From: Eukaryota sp. GEM-RC1
Lineage: Eukaryota
Length of the DNA: 64,000 bases
Direction of reading: 5' to 3'
Assembly (NCBI GenBank): GCA_040285855.1
Contig: JAUFOQ010000013.1
Location: forward strand, 124,001 to 188,000
Shown: in pieces, positions 12,982-26,095 of the stretch
Layout: every line of letters starts with the position of its first letter
Position numbering within the stretch: the stretch's first letter is position 1
Program-made: the position numbers and the translations under genes
The notes under the pieces: generated by a model
What the model was told of the DNA's origin: nothing
The model's database searches: none
Seen by the model: only the letters and a program-made list of their open reading frames with translations

Positions 12982-13387
12982 GTAGTATCAAATACAAAAT
13001 ACATGTATTCTGTATTTCTTATTATGTAGTTAACTGGAAGTAGTTACTAGAAATGTCAAATGTAAATCTTCTCTTCTACTCTATGAAAATGAACGGTTAT
13101 CGTTTTTGACTTTAAGAAAAGAAATATGTACAGTACTTTAACAGCAAAGTTGCTACTAAGATAGATTTACTAAACCTATAACATAACACAGTGTATGTAG
13201 AAAGGCCCGGTTTACTCACACTACCAATTCCTTTGAAATAAGTCAACAATTGATGGAAATTGAACTGACATTTATTTACTAAACAATTACAGAACAATCA
13301 AAACAACTAAAAATAAAGAAGAAAAACCAAAAAATAAACATATTATTTACTACAAATAAAAGTAAAACACACTAATAAAAATACAAA

Positions 13388-15646
13388 TCAAGACATATCC
13401 ATAAACCAATCATATTGCTGCTTCTTTTTGGCTGATTCAGCTAACTTCTTCTTATAACCTTCATCTAAATTCAAATTTGAAAATATCTCTGAACTACTAG
13501 TAACTACCCTCGAAGGAGATCCTGACCTCCCACTTTCCCTCAACTGTTTTCTCTTAGTTCTAGGCTTACTACACCTCCCCACATCGAAAGCAGACACGCT
13601 GGGGGGAAGGAACAGGTTTAGAAGGAGGGTGGGGAGGGGTGGGAAGGGTAACGTGATCATTTGATTGGTAATCATCTAGGGAGTGATTGTGATTGATTCT
13701 GGCCATTGAGTGAAGCAATCGATCACGTTCCATTTCTGACCGGGCAGCACTTGCCTTGAACTGATCGACTTGAATCTTGAGAGCTAATATTTCCTTTCTC
13801 GATTCTGTTTGAGCTGTATTTAAGGCATCTTGACTGTCATTTTCCAGTTGATTGAGAGCCTTTTTGAGCCTCACCACTTCATCACGTAGTTCTTGTAGTT
13901 CTTCTGAAGCCGCTTCTTTTTGTTTAATCACAGAAACCAATCTATCGTCATACTTATTACTGATTGAGGCGGTTAAGTGATCAATTGATTGACTCTGATC
14001 ACTCTTTAATTGATTGATTTCGGCCTTGTACTCGTCATGAATCATTGAAAGCTCTTCAGATAACTTGTTGTTATTTTGCTTGAGTTCTTCGAATTGATGG
14101 AGAGAATTCAAAAGACTATCACGTTGATGAGTGAGCTCTGAATTTTCAGTTCGAATCTCGGCAGCTTCATTTTCTAAAAGAGAAACTTTCTCACGTAAAA
14201 AAGTCAATTCATTGGTGAAACTGTTTAATTTCGACATCATATCCCCTTCTTTTCAAAATTCTGTGAAATTCCATTAACTTCTGATTGCATCTTATCAATT
14301 ATATTACGTTGCTCATTGATCTTCACTTTTAAACTTTCATTTTCATCTTCTTTTATCCTCATCTTCTTCCTCAATTCTTCAAAATTCTTAATGTACTTTT
14401 GTTCAACTTCTTGACGAACAGATTCCCTTTCATAATCTACAGTTTCTCTTAGCTCAACCAAATGTCGATTTTTTAAATCTGACACAACTCTAGTAATATC
14501 AGAAGACTTTTCTCTTGATAATGATTCAGAGATTTTGACCTTATCGTCTTCAAGTTTCCTTATTCGTGAGCCTAACTCATCAATGATTGATTGGAACTCA
14601 TCACGTTGCCTTTCCAGAGCCTCACCGCGTTGTCGTTGAAGCATTTCAATATCATCTGATAGCTGATGATTGCGATCTCTTTCCTTTTCATACAGAGTTT
14701 TGAACTGATTACAATCAATTTTGATTGATTGTAACTGATGGAGTAGTCGATCGTGATCAGCTTTGTTATCGTCAGTTGGAGGAGGAAAGTTTGGGGTCAG
14801 TGAAACTCCAGAAAGATTCATACGATCACGTAAAAGTCTTTCAATTTCTTTTTCGTATTTCTCTTGAAGTGAAGCGTATTCAGAAGACCATTCGTCTAAT
14901 TGTAGTTGTAACTCATTGTTTAAATTAGTCTGACATTTTAAATTTTCTTCTAAATTTTCAATTTTTGTCTCAAGAGGGTGAATGTCGATGGTGGTTGGAG
15001 CTTCTTGAAGTTGTTTTTGAAGGTCAAAAGTCAACCTTTTTTGAGCTACAAGGTCAGATTCCAATGACTCGATTTTAGACTCAAATGACGAAGTATCAAC
15101 AACTTCCATTGAATGTTGTTGAACTTTCTTCTCCAAATTAGCATTAGATATTTTAAAAGCAGACAGTTGAGATTCAAGTCGTTGGATTTGAGTTTCGTAA
15201 GATCTAGAGAGTTCCTGTTTTTCTTGCTTAGAAAGAGTCTGGGGACGAGCGTTCCTTTGTTTATCTTCAAGTTCATCATTTAGTTTCATTTGGAAAGAAA
15301 GCTTTGACTCGAGTTGTTGAAGTTTGGTCTCATAGCTATTCACAAGTTCATCTTTTTCTTTTTTAGACAAGTCACTCAGTTCAATCAGTCTGTTTTCAAG
15401 AGAAGAGAGTTGTGTTGTGACGTCTAGAGAGAGATCATCGTAGTCTGAAGAGTCTGGACTTTCATAATAGGATATCGAGGGAGAACCGGAAGCAGATAGG
15501 GTTGTACTAGGATGGTTCGTGGGAAGAGGTGATGAAGGAGATGGAAGATGTTCGCTATCTGAATACAGACCAGACGTGTTCAATTCCTGGTATTGTGGAG
15601 CAGCCCTTCTGGGAGAAAGTACTTTGACATCAATGCGAGATGCCAT
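13388..15646 (-). CDS. Long coiled-coil protein (about 750 aa), split by two homopolymer frameshifts
   Basis: Ser/Pro-rich N-terminus then heptad-rich sequence. ORFs 14237..15646, 13569..14240 and 13388..13675 join at a G/A run (about 14245) and a C run (about 13600). Confidence 0.7.
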
Positions 15647-15693
15647 TTAGCAAGTTTGCAAGAGTAAATGTCGAAGAAAACTTTTCATCCCCA

Positions 15694-17187
15694 ATGTCTG
15701 ATAATCGCCACAGACGTTCCTCTCATTACTCACATCCTTCACGTGACCGCTATGACTCTTATGATTCACGTTCTTCTAGAGACTCCCGAGATTCTCGGGA
15801 TTTTAGAAGCAGAGATAGAGACAGAGGTGGCTACAGAGACCCTCGTGACAGAGACAGGCCTAGACCTGGACCTTCTTACTCTTCCCACCAAAGTCGCCCT
15901 CCTAGAGACCGCCGAGACTCTTTCGACCATAGGGATAATAGAAACAGAGACTATCAACGAGACCCTCGTGACAGGGATAGAAGAGACAGATATCCCAACA
16001 GAAGACGTGAGAGAGAACCTGAACCTCAACGCTTCATCCCACCTCGTCCTCCTGTTCTAATAGACGCCCCTCCCTACAACATCCTCCCCAATGGTGACAT
16101 TGAACGTCGCTACTGTAAGCAAAGTCTATGGGACACTGAACCTGAAATGTACCCCACCATGTCCGTTGCTGAAGTTGCCGCCGCTGATCCCGAGTTCATC
16201 CTTGACTCTATCAACTCCAACGCTCCCATCTCCAACAGACATTCTCGTCGTCTCTACGTGGGTAATGTACCCCTGGGTATAACTGACTCAGACCTGGGTA
16301 CCTTCTTTAACTCAGCTCTTAAGAGTTCAGGAGCTTGTAAATTTGCTAATGTTGATCCAGTGCTGTCGTGTCAAATTAACCAGGATAAGGGATTTGCCTT
16401 TATTGAGTTCCATTATATTGAGGATGCTACAAGTGCGTTGGCTTTTGATGGAATTAATCTGCATGGAAATGCCTTGAAGGTGAGGAGACCTAAGGATTTT
16501 GGAACGGATCAAGATATGCTACCAGAAACACGTTTACAAATCGATCAAATACCAGGAATTATCAGGAAAAAGTGTCCTCCATCAGAAAAACGATTGATTC
16601 TAGGAAATATTCCTTCCTTTTTAAATGAAGATCAACTGAAACGTATCCTCCGGCCCTTTGGAATGCTAATGTCTTTCCAACTAATTGTTGATGAGCTTAC
16701 CCATGAATCTAAAGGATACGCATACTGCCAGTTTTGTAGAGAATGTGACACGCAGAATGTACTCCAATATTTACCATTGATTGACTTTTGCGGTTCATGT
16801 CTTAAAGTAGGTTTTGCTGACAGAAGTCCTCCTCCTCCAGTAAGTTGGTATTATCCAGCTGATGACGTGCCTTTAGACCTTCTTAGAGCTCGACAAAATA
16901 GTCACGTGATTCAAGTGATTGGTCTTCTGAAGTCAGACGACTTTGCTGGTTCTTTTGAGGATTTGATTGAGGATATTCAGTTTGAGTGTGAGAACTATGG
17001 TGTTGTTTTGTCACTATATGTACCTAAACCTGGTGACGTGGCTTTTGGAAAGGCCTTTGTACAGTATGAGCTGGATACTGATGCTCAGAAGGCTTTAAAG
17101 GAGTTACCAAAGAGAGCTTTTAATAACAGGAAGTTTCTGGTTTCACTGTATCCTCATGATTTGTATACCACTCAGAAGTTCTATTAG
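15694..17187 (+). CDS. U2AF2: Splicing factor U2AF large subunit (U2AF65)
   Basis: RS/RD-rich N-terminus, ULM tryptophan (SLWD), RRM1 RRLYVGNVP...KGFAFIEF...LKVRRPKDF, RRM2 and a C-terminal UHM. Likely start MSDNR at 15694. Confidence 0.92.
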   Translation: MSDNRHRRSSHYSHPSRDRYDSYDSRSSRDSRDSRDFRSRDRDRGGYRDPRDRDRPRPGPSYSSHQSRPPRDRRDSFDHRDNRNRDYQRDPRDRDRRDRYPNRRREREPEPQRFIPPRPPVLIDAPPYNILPNGDIERRYCKQSLWDTEPEMYPTMSVAEVAAADPEFILDSINSNAPISNRHSRRLYVGNVPLGITDSDLGTFFNSALKSSGACKFANVDPVLSCQINQDKGFAFIEFHYIEDATSALAFDGINLHGNALKVRRPKDFGTDQDMLPETRLQIDQIPGIIRKKCPPSEKRLILGNIPSFLNEDQLKRILRPFGMLMSFQLIVDELTHESKGYAYCQFCRECDTQNVLQYLPLIDFCGSCLKVGFADRSPPPPVSWYYPADDVPLDLLRARQNSHVIQVIGLLKSDDFAGSFEDLIEDIQFECENYGVVLSLYVPKPGDVAFGKAFVQYELDTDAQKALKELPKRAFNNRKFLVSLYPHDLYTTQKFY

Positions 17188-17464
17188 AGTTTGATTGGGT
17201 TGTGTTGGGGTGGAAGTTTCCTTTGAGCTCTTTTGATATCTGATCAGGTGATACTTTGAGTGATTGTAGTTTGACTTTATGGTTATTTTGTGTTTTGCGG
17301 AGTTTTTAATTATTTATAAATGTCCTGTTTACTGTATCTGAATCAAAGTCTATCTTAATTAAGGATATTAAATTAGGACTAATGATAATGTGGGAATATC
17401 ATAGAGAAATGATTCGAAATACAATGGAAAAGTATAAACTTAATACTACCAGTAGTACAAAGGA

Positions 17465-18100
17465 TCATCCCTTACATTCAGCTATAAAACTACAAATATC
17501 CTGATCATGAACATATTCATCTAATCTTTTAAGGTAAACAGGCAACAAGTTCAAAGAAATGTCTTGGCAAATAGTAGAAAGTACTGGAGAAGTAGATTTC
17601 AGTACAGAACAATGATCAAAAGCCATCCTGACAACATCGTACTGGAACTGCTTACTACCTATTAATTCTTTAATAGTAGAACTAATATCCTGACAAACGG
17701 CACATTGATCTTGGCTCATGTTTGTCTCTTCAAACATTGGTTCTAGGTATTTAGTTGGGTCTGGACAGAGGTTCAACATTGCACAAGCCTCATCTGAAGG
17801 AGTTGCAGCTACAACAAAAGAGATTGTGGGAAGAATGTAATTATTAGCGGTATCAACACAGCTTTTGGAGTATTGACCAAAGTGTTGGCAAAGGTCATTT
17901 ACATAGTCAACTACTCCCTTCATAATGACTGGATCCATGGCTAGCATTCTGACGTACTGCCAGGAAGCTCTACAAAGCATGCACTTTTGGTACTCCTTCT
18001 CGGAGGTTTTAGACTCAGCAGGATAGAACTCAAGCTTCGGAAATCCAACTGAGAGAAGGAGAGCAAGAAGTAGGGATGTTTGAATCAACTTAGATCGCAT
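17465..18100 (-). CDS. Secreted saposin-like protein with two SapB domains
   Basis: Hydrophobic signal peptide and two CxxC...C...C...C....C six-cysteine saposin patterns. Confidence 0.85.
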   Translation of the reverse strand: MRSKLIQTSLLLALLLSVGFPKLEFYPAESKTSEKEYQKCMLCRASWQYVRMLAMDPVIMKGVVDYVNDLCQHFGQYSKSCVDTANNYILPTISFVVAATPSDEACAMLNLCPDPTKYLEPMFEETNMSQDQCAVCQDISSTIKELIGSKQFQYDVVRMAFDHCSVLKSTSPVLSTICQDISLNLLPVYLKRLDEYVHDQDICSFIAECKG

Positions 18101-19427
18101 TGATGAGAGATAGATATTGAGAGATTATTATTGGTGAGGAGACTATTGAAAGTTAGTACAAAAGTTCGCATCATTAGTAATCATCGTGAGCAACAGATCT
18201 TGAAGAAGAAGGAAAGGAGAAGACGCCCTGCTGAGAAGGAATCGTGATGAGATATTGTCTGAAGAAGAAAGATTTCGTAGATAGTGTGTAAATCTAGAAG
18301 TTGAACTCGAGAAAAGCTAAGGAAGTCTAAGATAAAGGTCCACACAAGAGATTCAAAAAGATCATATTTCAGCAATTGATGAGAGCCTCTGTTGATGATA
18401 TGGTCGGTATCATGCCTGAAAAATACAACCACTTTGATCTGATACAATACAAAAATACAATACATCAATAAATACAGAAACAATGACGTGCCTACTACGA
18501 ACCACAATGACGACAATTCTACTGACAAGTAGAGCAGAGTTCGCACAGCATTCATTTTCTTTGACACAACTCTTCCCGCGTCGTGACAACGCAAAACTCC
18601 GCACTCGTAAAGACGAAACTGCTAAAAAGTCATACATTCTAAAAGTAAGACATTCAGGGTTGATATGGAGTCTCCATATGATAGTAGAGAAACTTGAAAG
18701 TAAAGATTCTTTTGTAATTTAGGATTTGAGATTAATTTGCTAAATACTGTATTTACAACACTTGATTAAGTTTGTTTATTCTTTTAATGTTTCCATCAGT
18801 GTTCGAAAATTTTCCACCCGGACGCCACCCGGGTGGTTTTCAAACACTGGTTTCCATCATTGTTATTGAGAAAACAAATAGATGTAGCATGTTGTAAGCT
18901 GAAACAATCAGCAACAGTGGTACAACAAGATAGTAGTCTTTCAGTTCCAGTAACAAAGGTGTACAACTTATAAAAAGTACAATACATGAAACGATTTGAT
19001 ACAATACAGAAAACACGATAAGAGTGTATTTTTCAGGTATGATCGGTATATTTTTTTTGATAAAAAATTGAGTTTCAGAGTGAGAACATTGATAGATTCC
19101 TTGATTACGTCAGCAACAGTATATATTGATTAGCCAACTTCCATCTTGGATTTCTAAATGTGTTAAATTACTTTTCAATTCGTCTCACATTATTTTAGTG
19201 AAAGCTAGTTTCGAGTGGATACAAGGAGAAGAAGGTTTAGTGACGGGTTGGGAAACGCCTGCCGTAACAAAGTGACATTAACACTTTCTTTAACTTAGTT
19301 TTAAAGACAGCTGTTTAATGGAATATTGCGTCACTGTGTTGTCATTTATTCACATATATACACAAGATATCTTTAACTTCAACAATCATTCATGTTAAGA
19401 AAAAAAAAGAAGAGAAAGTAAAGTAAA

Positions 19428-20060
19428 GTGTCTAAAGAACTTTTTCTCCCTCTTCTGTTGTTTCTCAGCACCATTTCTTTGTTTTGGACAAATATTTTCC
19501 CTCTTCATGATTTTCATTGCTATGCTTCTTATTCACCACCATCTTCAACTCCCCTGAACGGAACTGCTATACCACCTCTCTTCTCCCTCACCAACCGTCA
19601 ACACTCACATAATCAATTCGTTTCACAATCCCAGATAATCTCTCCTTCTTGGTATATCTTTGGCGACGTTCCCACTGACAACTTCCTTTCTTTCAAGCGC
19701 TTTGGAATCAATCCTCACGTTCTAGACCCTACATTTGGATCCATTTCTCCTACTCCCACAACTTTCCTTGTTGTTGCTTCTTCCCGTACAATTCTGATCA
19801 GACCAGATTATCACGTGTGGTTTCAGAAAACTCTTGACCAAATTGGTCCTACATCCAGTGCTATTTTTAAAATAGGCTCTAATGATTGGGTCATTATTAG
19901 TACTAAATCATTGACTTTAACAGACTTTTATCAGCATTCTGTTCATCAGAAATTTGTTAAGTGTTATTGGAACGTTTGCAAAGTTGATCTACAGGTCTCG
20001 GACTTGCCGTTTTCTACTCTAAAAGCTGGCATTCAGGTGAAAAGTGTCCTTCATGAAGCT
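19428..20060 (+). pseudogene. Host-like N-terminally anchored protein, apparently truncated by AT-rich viral-like DNA
   Basis: Hydrophobic N-terminus and C/T-rich host-style codons up to about 20060, then an abrupt switch to ATA/TTA-rich codons. No ATG start. Confidence 0.35.
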
Positions 20061-20063
20061 GGA

Positions 20064-20925
20064 ATGGATGATCGTATAATACATAAGAATTGGGGTAAAT
20101 TTATAAGTGTATCCGCAGTAGGATATTTATCTAAACTCGGATACCAAAAAACCAAGATATGTTATATCGAAAAAGGTTGATGAACATACTGATGGTTTTA
20201 TGGGAGATGATCATGCAACACATCAACATAAATTATATGAGGACGTTCGGAGAGACCATCCAGACCATTCAGATTTTCCACCTGCAAATGTGAACACACT
20301 TAAGGATATTGTAAATAAAACAGGAAAGTTTATAAAAAGAGTCGTAAGTGCAAAAGCATTTGATGATCTGCCTGTAACAACTCAAATAACGCTGTTGTAT
20401 GGTTTTGTATATAAAATACTGGAATCTATGGGTAAAGCTCCACGTGGTGGTCTAACTATTGAAACTTTATTACTTACTGAAATAGTTGGTCGACATTTAG
20501 TTAGAAGTTATAATCAAGGACCTATTACTGGTACAACAAATCAAGATTATACACCATCTAATCGAATTTATACAAGGAACCCTGAAAATGAAACGATTAA
20601 TATTAGAGAAATAGATAGGGCTTCACAAAGTGAAGAGGATAATATTAACTTGTTACATCGTTTATTGAACATAGTTAATATTTGGGATGATTATAATCCA
20701 ACTGATCCAAGTTTGATTGTGTGGCAGGATTATAATCGTAGTATGGATGCGTTCTTAGGGGTATTTGATAGGTTTTCTGCTATCATAGGAAATGATCGCT
20801 TATCAAGAGAGGATGTTCCACTTTATAATCTACTTAGAGGTGAAATAAATGGCACAAATGTTAACTTAACTCCTGGGAGAATTAGGGAGGCTAAAGAGAA
20901 ATTATATAAAAAAACTAGAATGTAG
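20064..20925 (+). CDS. Hypothetical viral-like protein (about 285 aa after one frameshift at A run near 20172)
   Basis: ORF 20200..20925 extends upstream to ATG 20064 if one A is removed. No recognisable domain. Confidence 0.45.
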
Positions 20926-20956
20926 ACTCCTAGGCAGAAAAAAATATATTTTTATT

Positions 20957-21620
20957 TTATTGAGTTTTTACTCTACTCCATCCACATTTGGGATTAATAC
21001 AGGTTTCTATAATGGTCTCAGCTTCATCACCAGCTCGAGTAGTTCTGTATTTCGTCAATAATGATTCTAGTTTACATCTTGGACATTTAACATATACCAT
21101 ATCTTCTCCTGTAATAAATTGTGATTCCTTAAATCTTGCATATAATTCATTTAAATGAATTAACATGTTTGAATAATGCAAATCAATTTCTTCAATGAAA
21201 TTAGATTCGAATTCAGTGGTTTTAATACCATTTAATTCATTGTAAAATTTTTCATATCCCTTCATTTCTATTTCCATTATGTGCATTTTCTCATTATATT
21301 TTTCAATGGTCTTAAACAATCCTTGTAATAATTTGAAATATAAAATTTGATTCTTTGGTTCACAAAAATAGACAACGTGATTATTTTTTTTAGCTTCTTT
21401 TACATTGATTACATTTTTTTACATATGTTTGATCAACATCCCGCATTTCTTTTTCAATTGTATATTCTGCCATTGATACATGTTCTTCATATGTTTCATT
21501 AAAAGATAATGTTAATTCATATTCATCACGTAAGGTAATTTTTCCCAAAAACTTTAGTCGATTTTCATAATCTTTAATTTTCTTTATCAATGAATCATGA
21601 TCTTTTCTAATTTCAATCAT
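20957..21620 (-). CDS. TFIIS/RPB9/RPA12-type C-terminal zinc-ribbon protein (transcript cleavage factor-like)
   Basis: CPRC...TTRAGDEAETIIETCINPKC matches CxxC..QTRSADE..T.F..CxxC. ORFs 21390..21620 and 20957..21319 join across an A7 run at about 21414-21420. Confidence 0.75.
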
Positions 21621-21671
21621 TTTTTAATAAATAAAATCATTTTTTTATATAATAGATTTTTTATTGATAAA

Positions 21672-22017
21672 ATGTCAAAAAAACAACAATTGGCAATATA
21701 CGGAAAGTTTTATACTGATGTTAATAATATTGTCAATTCAGACTTAGATTATTCAAGTAAAGTGATTAGAATCAAGAATGAATGTTATTGGAGTTAATTA
21801 TTCACTGACTTGTATTGATAGACCATCTGTAGATTTAAAAGTAATGACTTATGAATTATTTTACAAATATATATCAAATATAATTGATGCTACTAGTAGT
21901 ATTGACGATGAGACTAAAATTAATGAATGTTTAAAAGTTATTTGTGGTATTCCATTTACAATCGAATTACTAGATCAAGTGGCAATTAGAAGAAAAAGAA
22001 CAAAGGAAATGAATTAA
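21672..22017 (+). pseudogene. Small hypothetical viral-like gene, frameshifted
   Basis: MSKKQQLAIYGKFY... followed by overlapping ORF 21778..22017. Confidence 0.4.
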
Positions 22018-22884
22018 ATATTTAATTCTTGTTGTTCAAGGTGAATGTCAAAAAGTTCAAATAAATCATTTCTGTTTGTTTGTTTAATTGTTCGAAGTAA
22101 TTTATCTAAATCTATATCATCCATTGTCCATAAATCAACTTCTTCTAAATCATAAATATCCTTATATACTGGTGGAACATAATCAGGAACTTCGGGTATT
22201 ATTATTATTTTTACCTTTATTTTTGATTTTGATACAATTTTATAAAAATGTTCTTTATCTATACCAACTTTTTCAAGTTCTTTTTCAAATCATCCCATAT
22301 ACGTTCCATATAATATGGATCATATTTATACAAAAATATAGCAATAGCTGTCAATGCATAAGATTTTGCATATTCTGGTTTTGGATTTAATTGATTATAA
22401 ATTTCATATAGTTCAGGATAAAATCCCATTAATTCAAAACCATATTCTCTACTAATATTTGATGCATAGGTCAGGATTGTTTGATTCATTTCAATATTTG
22501 GATTAGGAATATCAATATCCAATGCTCGTTGTTGAATTGTTTCATTACACCATTCACAACATAAATCACCACCAACATCATATGTTGGGAAATCTTCAAC
22601 CAAATTATGTTAACAATATATTTTATATCTTAAATGGTATTGGAAGGTCCCTCAGTTTTAATGGTTGATCCACAAAAAGAAAGCAATGCTTTTCTATCAT
22701 ATCTCCTATTTGGTATATCAATATTATTATTCATTATTGCAATTGTCATGATGGTTAGATCTAACCAAAATTCTAATCCTCCATCTACTAAGTATTGGTA
22801 AAATATTGTCGAAAAAACAAGACCTTCCGAAAAGAAAGCACACATGGGGTCGAAGAGATTGAAGATACTGAAGAAATTGTTCAT
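22014..22884 (-). pseudogene. Hypothetical viral-like gene with CCEWC motif, frameshift and stop
   Basis: ORF 22259..22603 continues to a stop at 22014 after adding one A at about 22281-22285. Upstream fragment 22630..22884. Confidence 0.4.
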
Positions 22885-23204
22885 GAAGCCTCTTCAATTT
22901 TAACAGACCATCTATAAATGATGATGCTGAAGATGCAATTGCCGATATTTACAAAAAATTAACAATATTTTTTATAGCAATTCAAACAATTTAGATAATA
23001 CTCTGCAATTAAATTTAAATTTATTCTTACTCATTAGATAATAAAATTTCTTTGTAATTATTCCAACCATACATGAGAATTGTAGATTTATCAAATCTTG
23101 CAAAAAGCCGTGACAATATGTTTGCAGGTAAAATATATACAATATCACAGTCACAACATAAAACGCAACATAAAGACACAATCTAGATACACTATAACTA
23201 ACTA

Positions 23205-26095
23205 CTATCTTCTCTTATAAATCAAAACATAAGCCATTCTACTACAAACTCTGTCAGGACTCAGTGGAGTAGCTTTTGAATCGTCCATCTCATACCAACC
23301 TTTAGCTTCAGGATTGTACACGTATGCAGTGGAGTGACCCCCATCCATGTTTCCCTCGTGATTGGTAACTGCAATCAAATCATAAATTAATTGATTGGAC
23401 CCTTTCTGTTGAGGGTCAAGAACATATTTACTGATATCAAGTCCTTTCAAAGGAAACTCTACCAAATCTTCAATCTTACTATTATCCTTAAATCTTTTCA
23501 AATGAACAATTAAGTACTCAGAAGCACGATAGATGTCGAACTTCTTTTCAGCTTTCTTGTGTTCTTTACATTTAGGACAGAACCATTCATTCGTTTCATC
23601 AAGAGTTTCGGGTTGACAGAACAAATCCAAACACTCGGAAAGTTGTGAATTAGAATGAAGGCCAGTTTCAGATTTAAGAACTTCCGTTGAAAACTGAATC
23701 TCAATGTATTCAGAAACTGCCTTCTTGGTCTTCCATTGATACTTAACATTGATTGGAGAACTGTTTGAAGAGTAATAGTATTGAGGCCGTTTTGACTTGA
23801 GATAAGCATCGGATAATTCTTCAATTGGTGTTAAATGGAAAGCAGTGTGACCAACAGCCACTTTGATTTCACAATGATTTTCCCAACCATTAACCAAAAA
23901 TGTTTGATTGTAGACATTAATCGCACATTTGATCTCTTCAGCAGTGTTATTTTCTTCAGAGACAGCAAGTAAGAAGTTATGAGTGGTTTCAAACTGAGGA
24001 AAAGCATACTGAAAAATAGAAGGTTTTGGACCCTGATGAGAAACAATCACCAATCTTTTTTGATTGAAATCGATAATGGGAGCTAAAACTGTTCCCTGAA
24101 GTTCATAACAAATCAAAACATCAAAATGCGACTCCCATTGAATGTTGATGTGATCTTCATCAGATTTAGGGGAAAAATTTCCCAGCATTGTTGCTCTTGA
24201 CAGAAAAATAGAGCTCGTAGAGAGATTGAAATGTTTAGAAATTTTCATCTTCATTGAAGTAACATCAGGAATTACAGGACAAGGTAGTTTAAACTCAATT
24301 GTTCGGACGAATTTTTCATAAACATTTAAAAGTTGTAATGAGAATTCAATATTATGGATATTTCCAGCAGGAATTGGAACAGAAATTTGATTGGTTGTAG
24401 TAAAAGTGACACTAGTCTTTTTACAAGTAGGACACTTCAATTTTGACCTATACAAACTCGTAAAGAGCTCACCCACACGTGATTGATTATGTGCATTGAA
24501 TCTCTGAATAGATTCCTCAGCAATTCTAAACTCTTCTTGATCTGAATCAATAACAATATCAAAATTTGGCATTTGTCTAACTCTATTCAAGTCTTTCTGG
24601 AGATTGTCTAACAAAAATGAAAGGAACTCTTGGGAATCATGTTGTTTCAATAACTGACTAGCCATCATTTCCACTTCATGTTTAAGTTTGGTAGGAGTGT
24701 AAACAGAAGCCTTGCCATTCCAAAGATTCTGAACAGTTTCTCTCCATGCTAGAGCTATCTTTCCTTTACTTCCATTTGAATTGTTCTTGTTCAGATCTCT
24801 CTTGAATTCGTCTGAAAGAACAAACTCAGTGAGATCAACACAATGACTGATTGATTGAATGATTGAGTTCATAAAGCACGTGTTTTCGATGTTGGACAAC
24901 CCAGTGATACCCCGGGGGTTCACACCCACTTCTTTCTTAAGTTCCACCAGTTCAGCCCTCAAATTTGCCACGTCAGCATTGAGTGTGGCAGTCGATGATT
25001 GGATTTGAAGAGGGACCATTCGGACTAAGAATCTGTTAAGTAAAGGTTCAATATCCACGTCATCAAGTAAATCAGATAAAGTCTCAGAAATCACGTTTAC
25101 AGTCTCTAAAGTACACGTGATGGATTTCAAACAACTATCGAACTGTGACCTTGTCCAATCAGATTTTAAATTTTGCCAGGAATTACACAAACATTTAGCA
25201 AGAAAAACAGAATCAACATTAAAAGAAGAAAGAATTTCAAAGACTTCTGGAGTCACTTTGATACCATTATCAGTAGATTTGATTGATCTGAGACGTTGTC
25301 CATGTTTTTTAACAAACATGAGATCATTTAAAGCACTTGCTTGTTCAATAAATCCTACATCAAAGTTAACTTCTATAAAGTCATTTCCAGTAGTAACTAC
25401 TGAATTTACTTGAAAATAGGATCCTAAATAGGTCAATTCATAAGCATTTTCAGAAGTCAATTTGATTATACTTCCACTCAAGAACTCAAAAACCTTTGAA
25501 AACTTTCTCTTGACACCTTCAGCATATCATCAAAGCTAAGTTCTTGTTCATTTGAATCAGCCCATTGACTAGTCCAAAGGTTAGCAAAGTACTTAGAATA
25601 ACAACATAAGTGAAGCCTATTTGTTCTAGCAATATAGTCTTTATACTTCAGTAAAACTTCAGGAGGAGTTTCCCTGTTCAGCTTTTCTAGAATAGTTGAT
25701 CCTTGGAGAGAGAAGACTTTGTTACTAGACTGAAGTCCTTGTCGCTGAAGGTTGGTGCAGTGGGAGATCAAAGGAGTGTACTTTAAGAGTTTTGCGATCA
25801 CATGAATGTCAAAGAGATTGGTTTCGTTGATGTTTAAAGGAGCGCCGTACATGGACAACATAATGGCTTCAAAGATTGAGGGATCTTCAACCATTCCAAA
25901 AGAGCTGATTTCTACGTGATCATGGCGATCTAGTTTCTCAAGGTATTTGGAAAAGAGAACGACAATGGAGAAGTGACAGTGGAACTCGAAGTCCTCGAAC
26001 TGAATAACACAGTCAGTGAGAAGATTGTTGGATCGGAGATATTGTAGCTGTTGGATGGCTTCTTTGACAAAGGTAGAGATGGAGAGGTTTGTCAT
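23205..26095 (-). CDS. BTB/POZ x2 fused to a USP (UCH family, USP4/11/15-like) deubiquitinase, copy 3
   Basis: N-terminus paralogous to copies 1 and 2 (same T5 frameshift near 25490). USP Cys box GLSNIENTCFMNS, QHDSQEFL, two CxxC Zn pairs, YLIVHLKRF, His box HEGNMDGGHSTAY and WYEMDDS. Confidence 0.88.

Larger units (their letters stand above)
20060..22960. mobile_element. Viral-like island A (putative endogenous large DNA virus fragment)
   Basis: AT-rich, intronless, tightly packed genes (convergent stops overlap at 22014-22017), a TFIIS-type Zn ribbon gene, and the AATCATTTT motif shared with islands B and C. Confidence 0.6.

Noticed and set aside
15640..15693. Overlapping starts of U2AF65 (ATG 15640) and the opposite gene
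   Set aside because: ATG 15694 (MSDNR) in a CAATG context like other host genes is more plausible.
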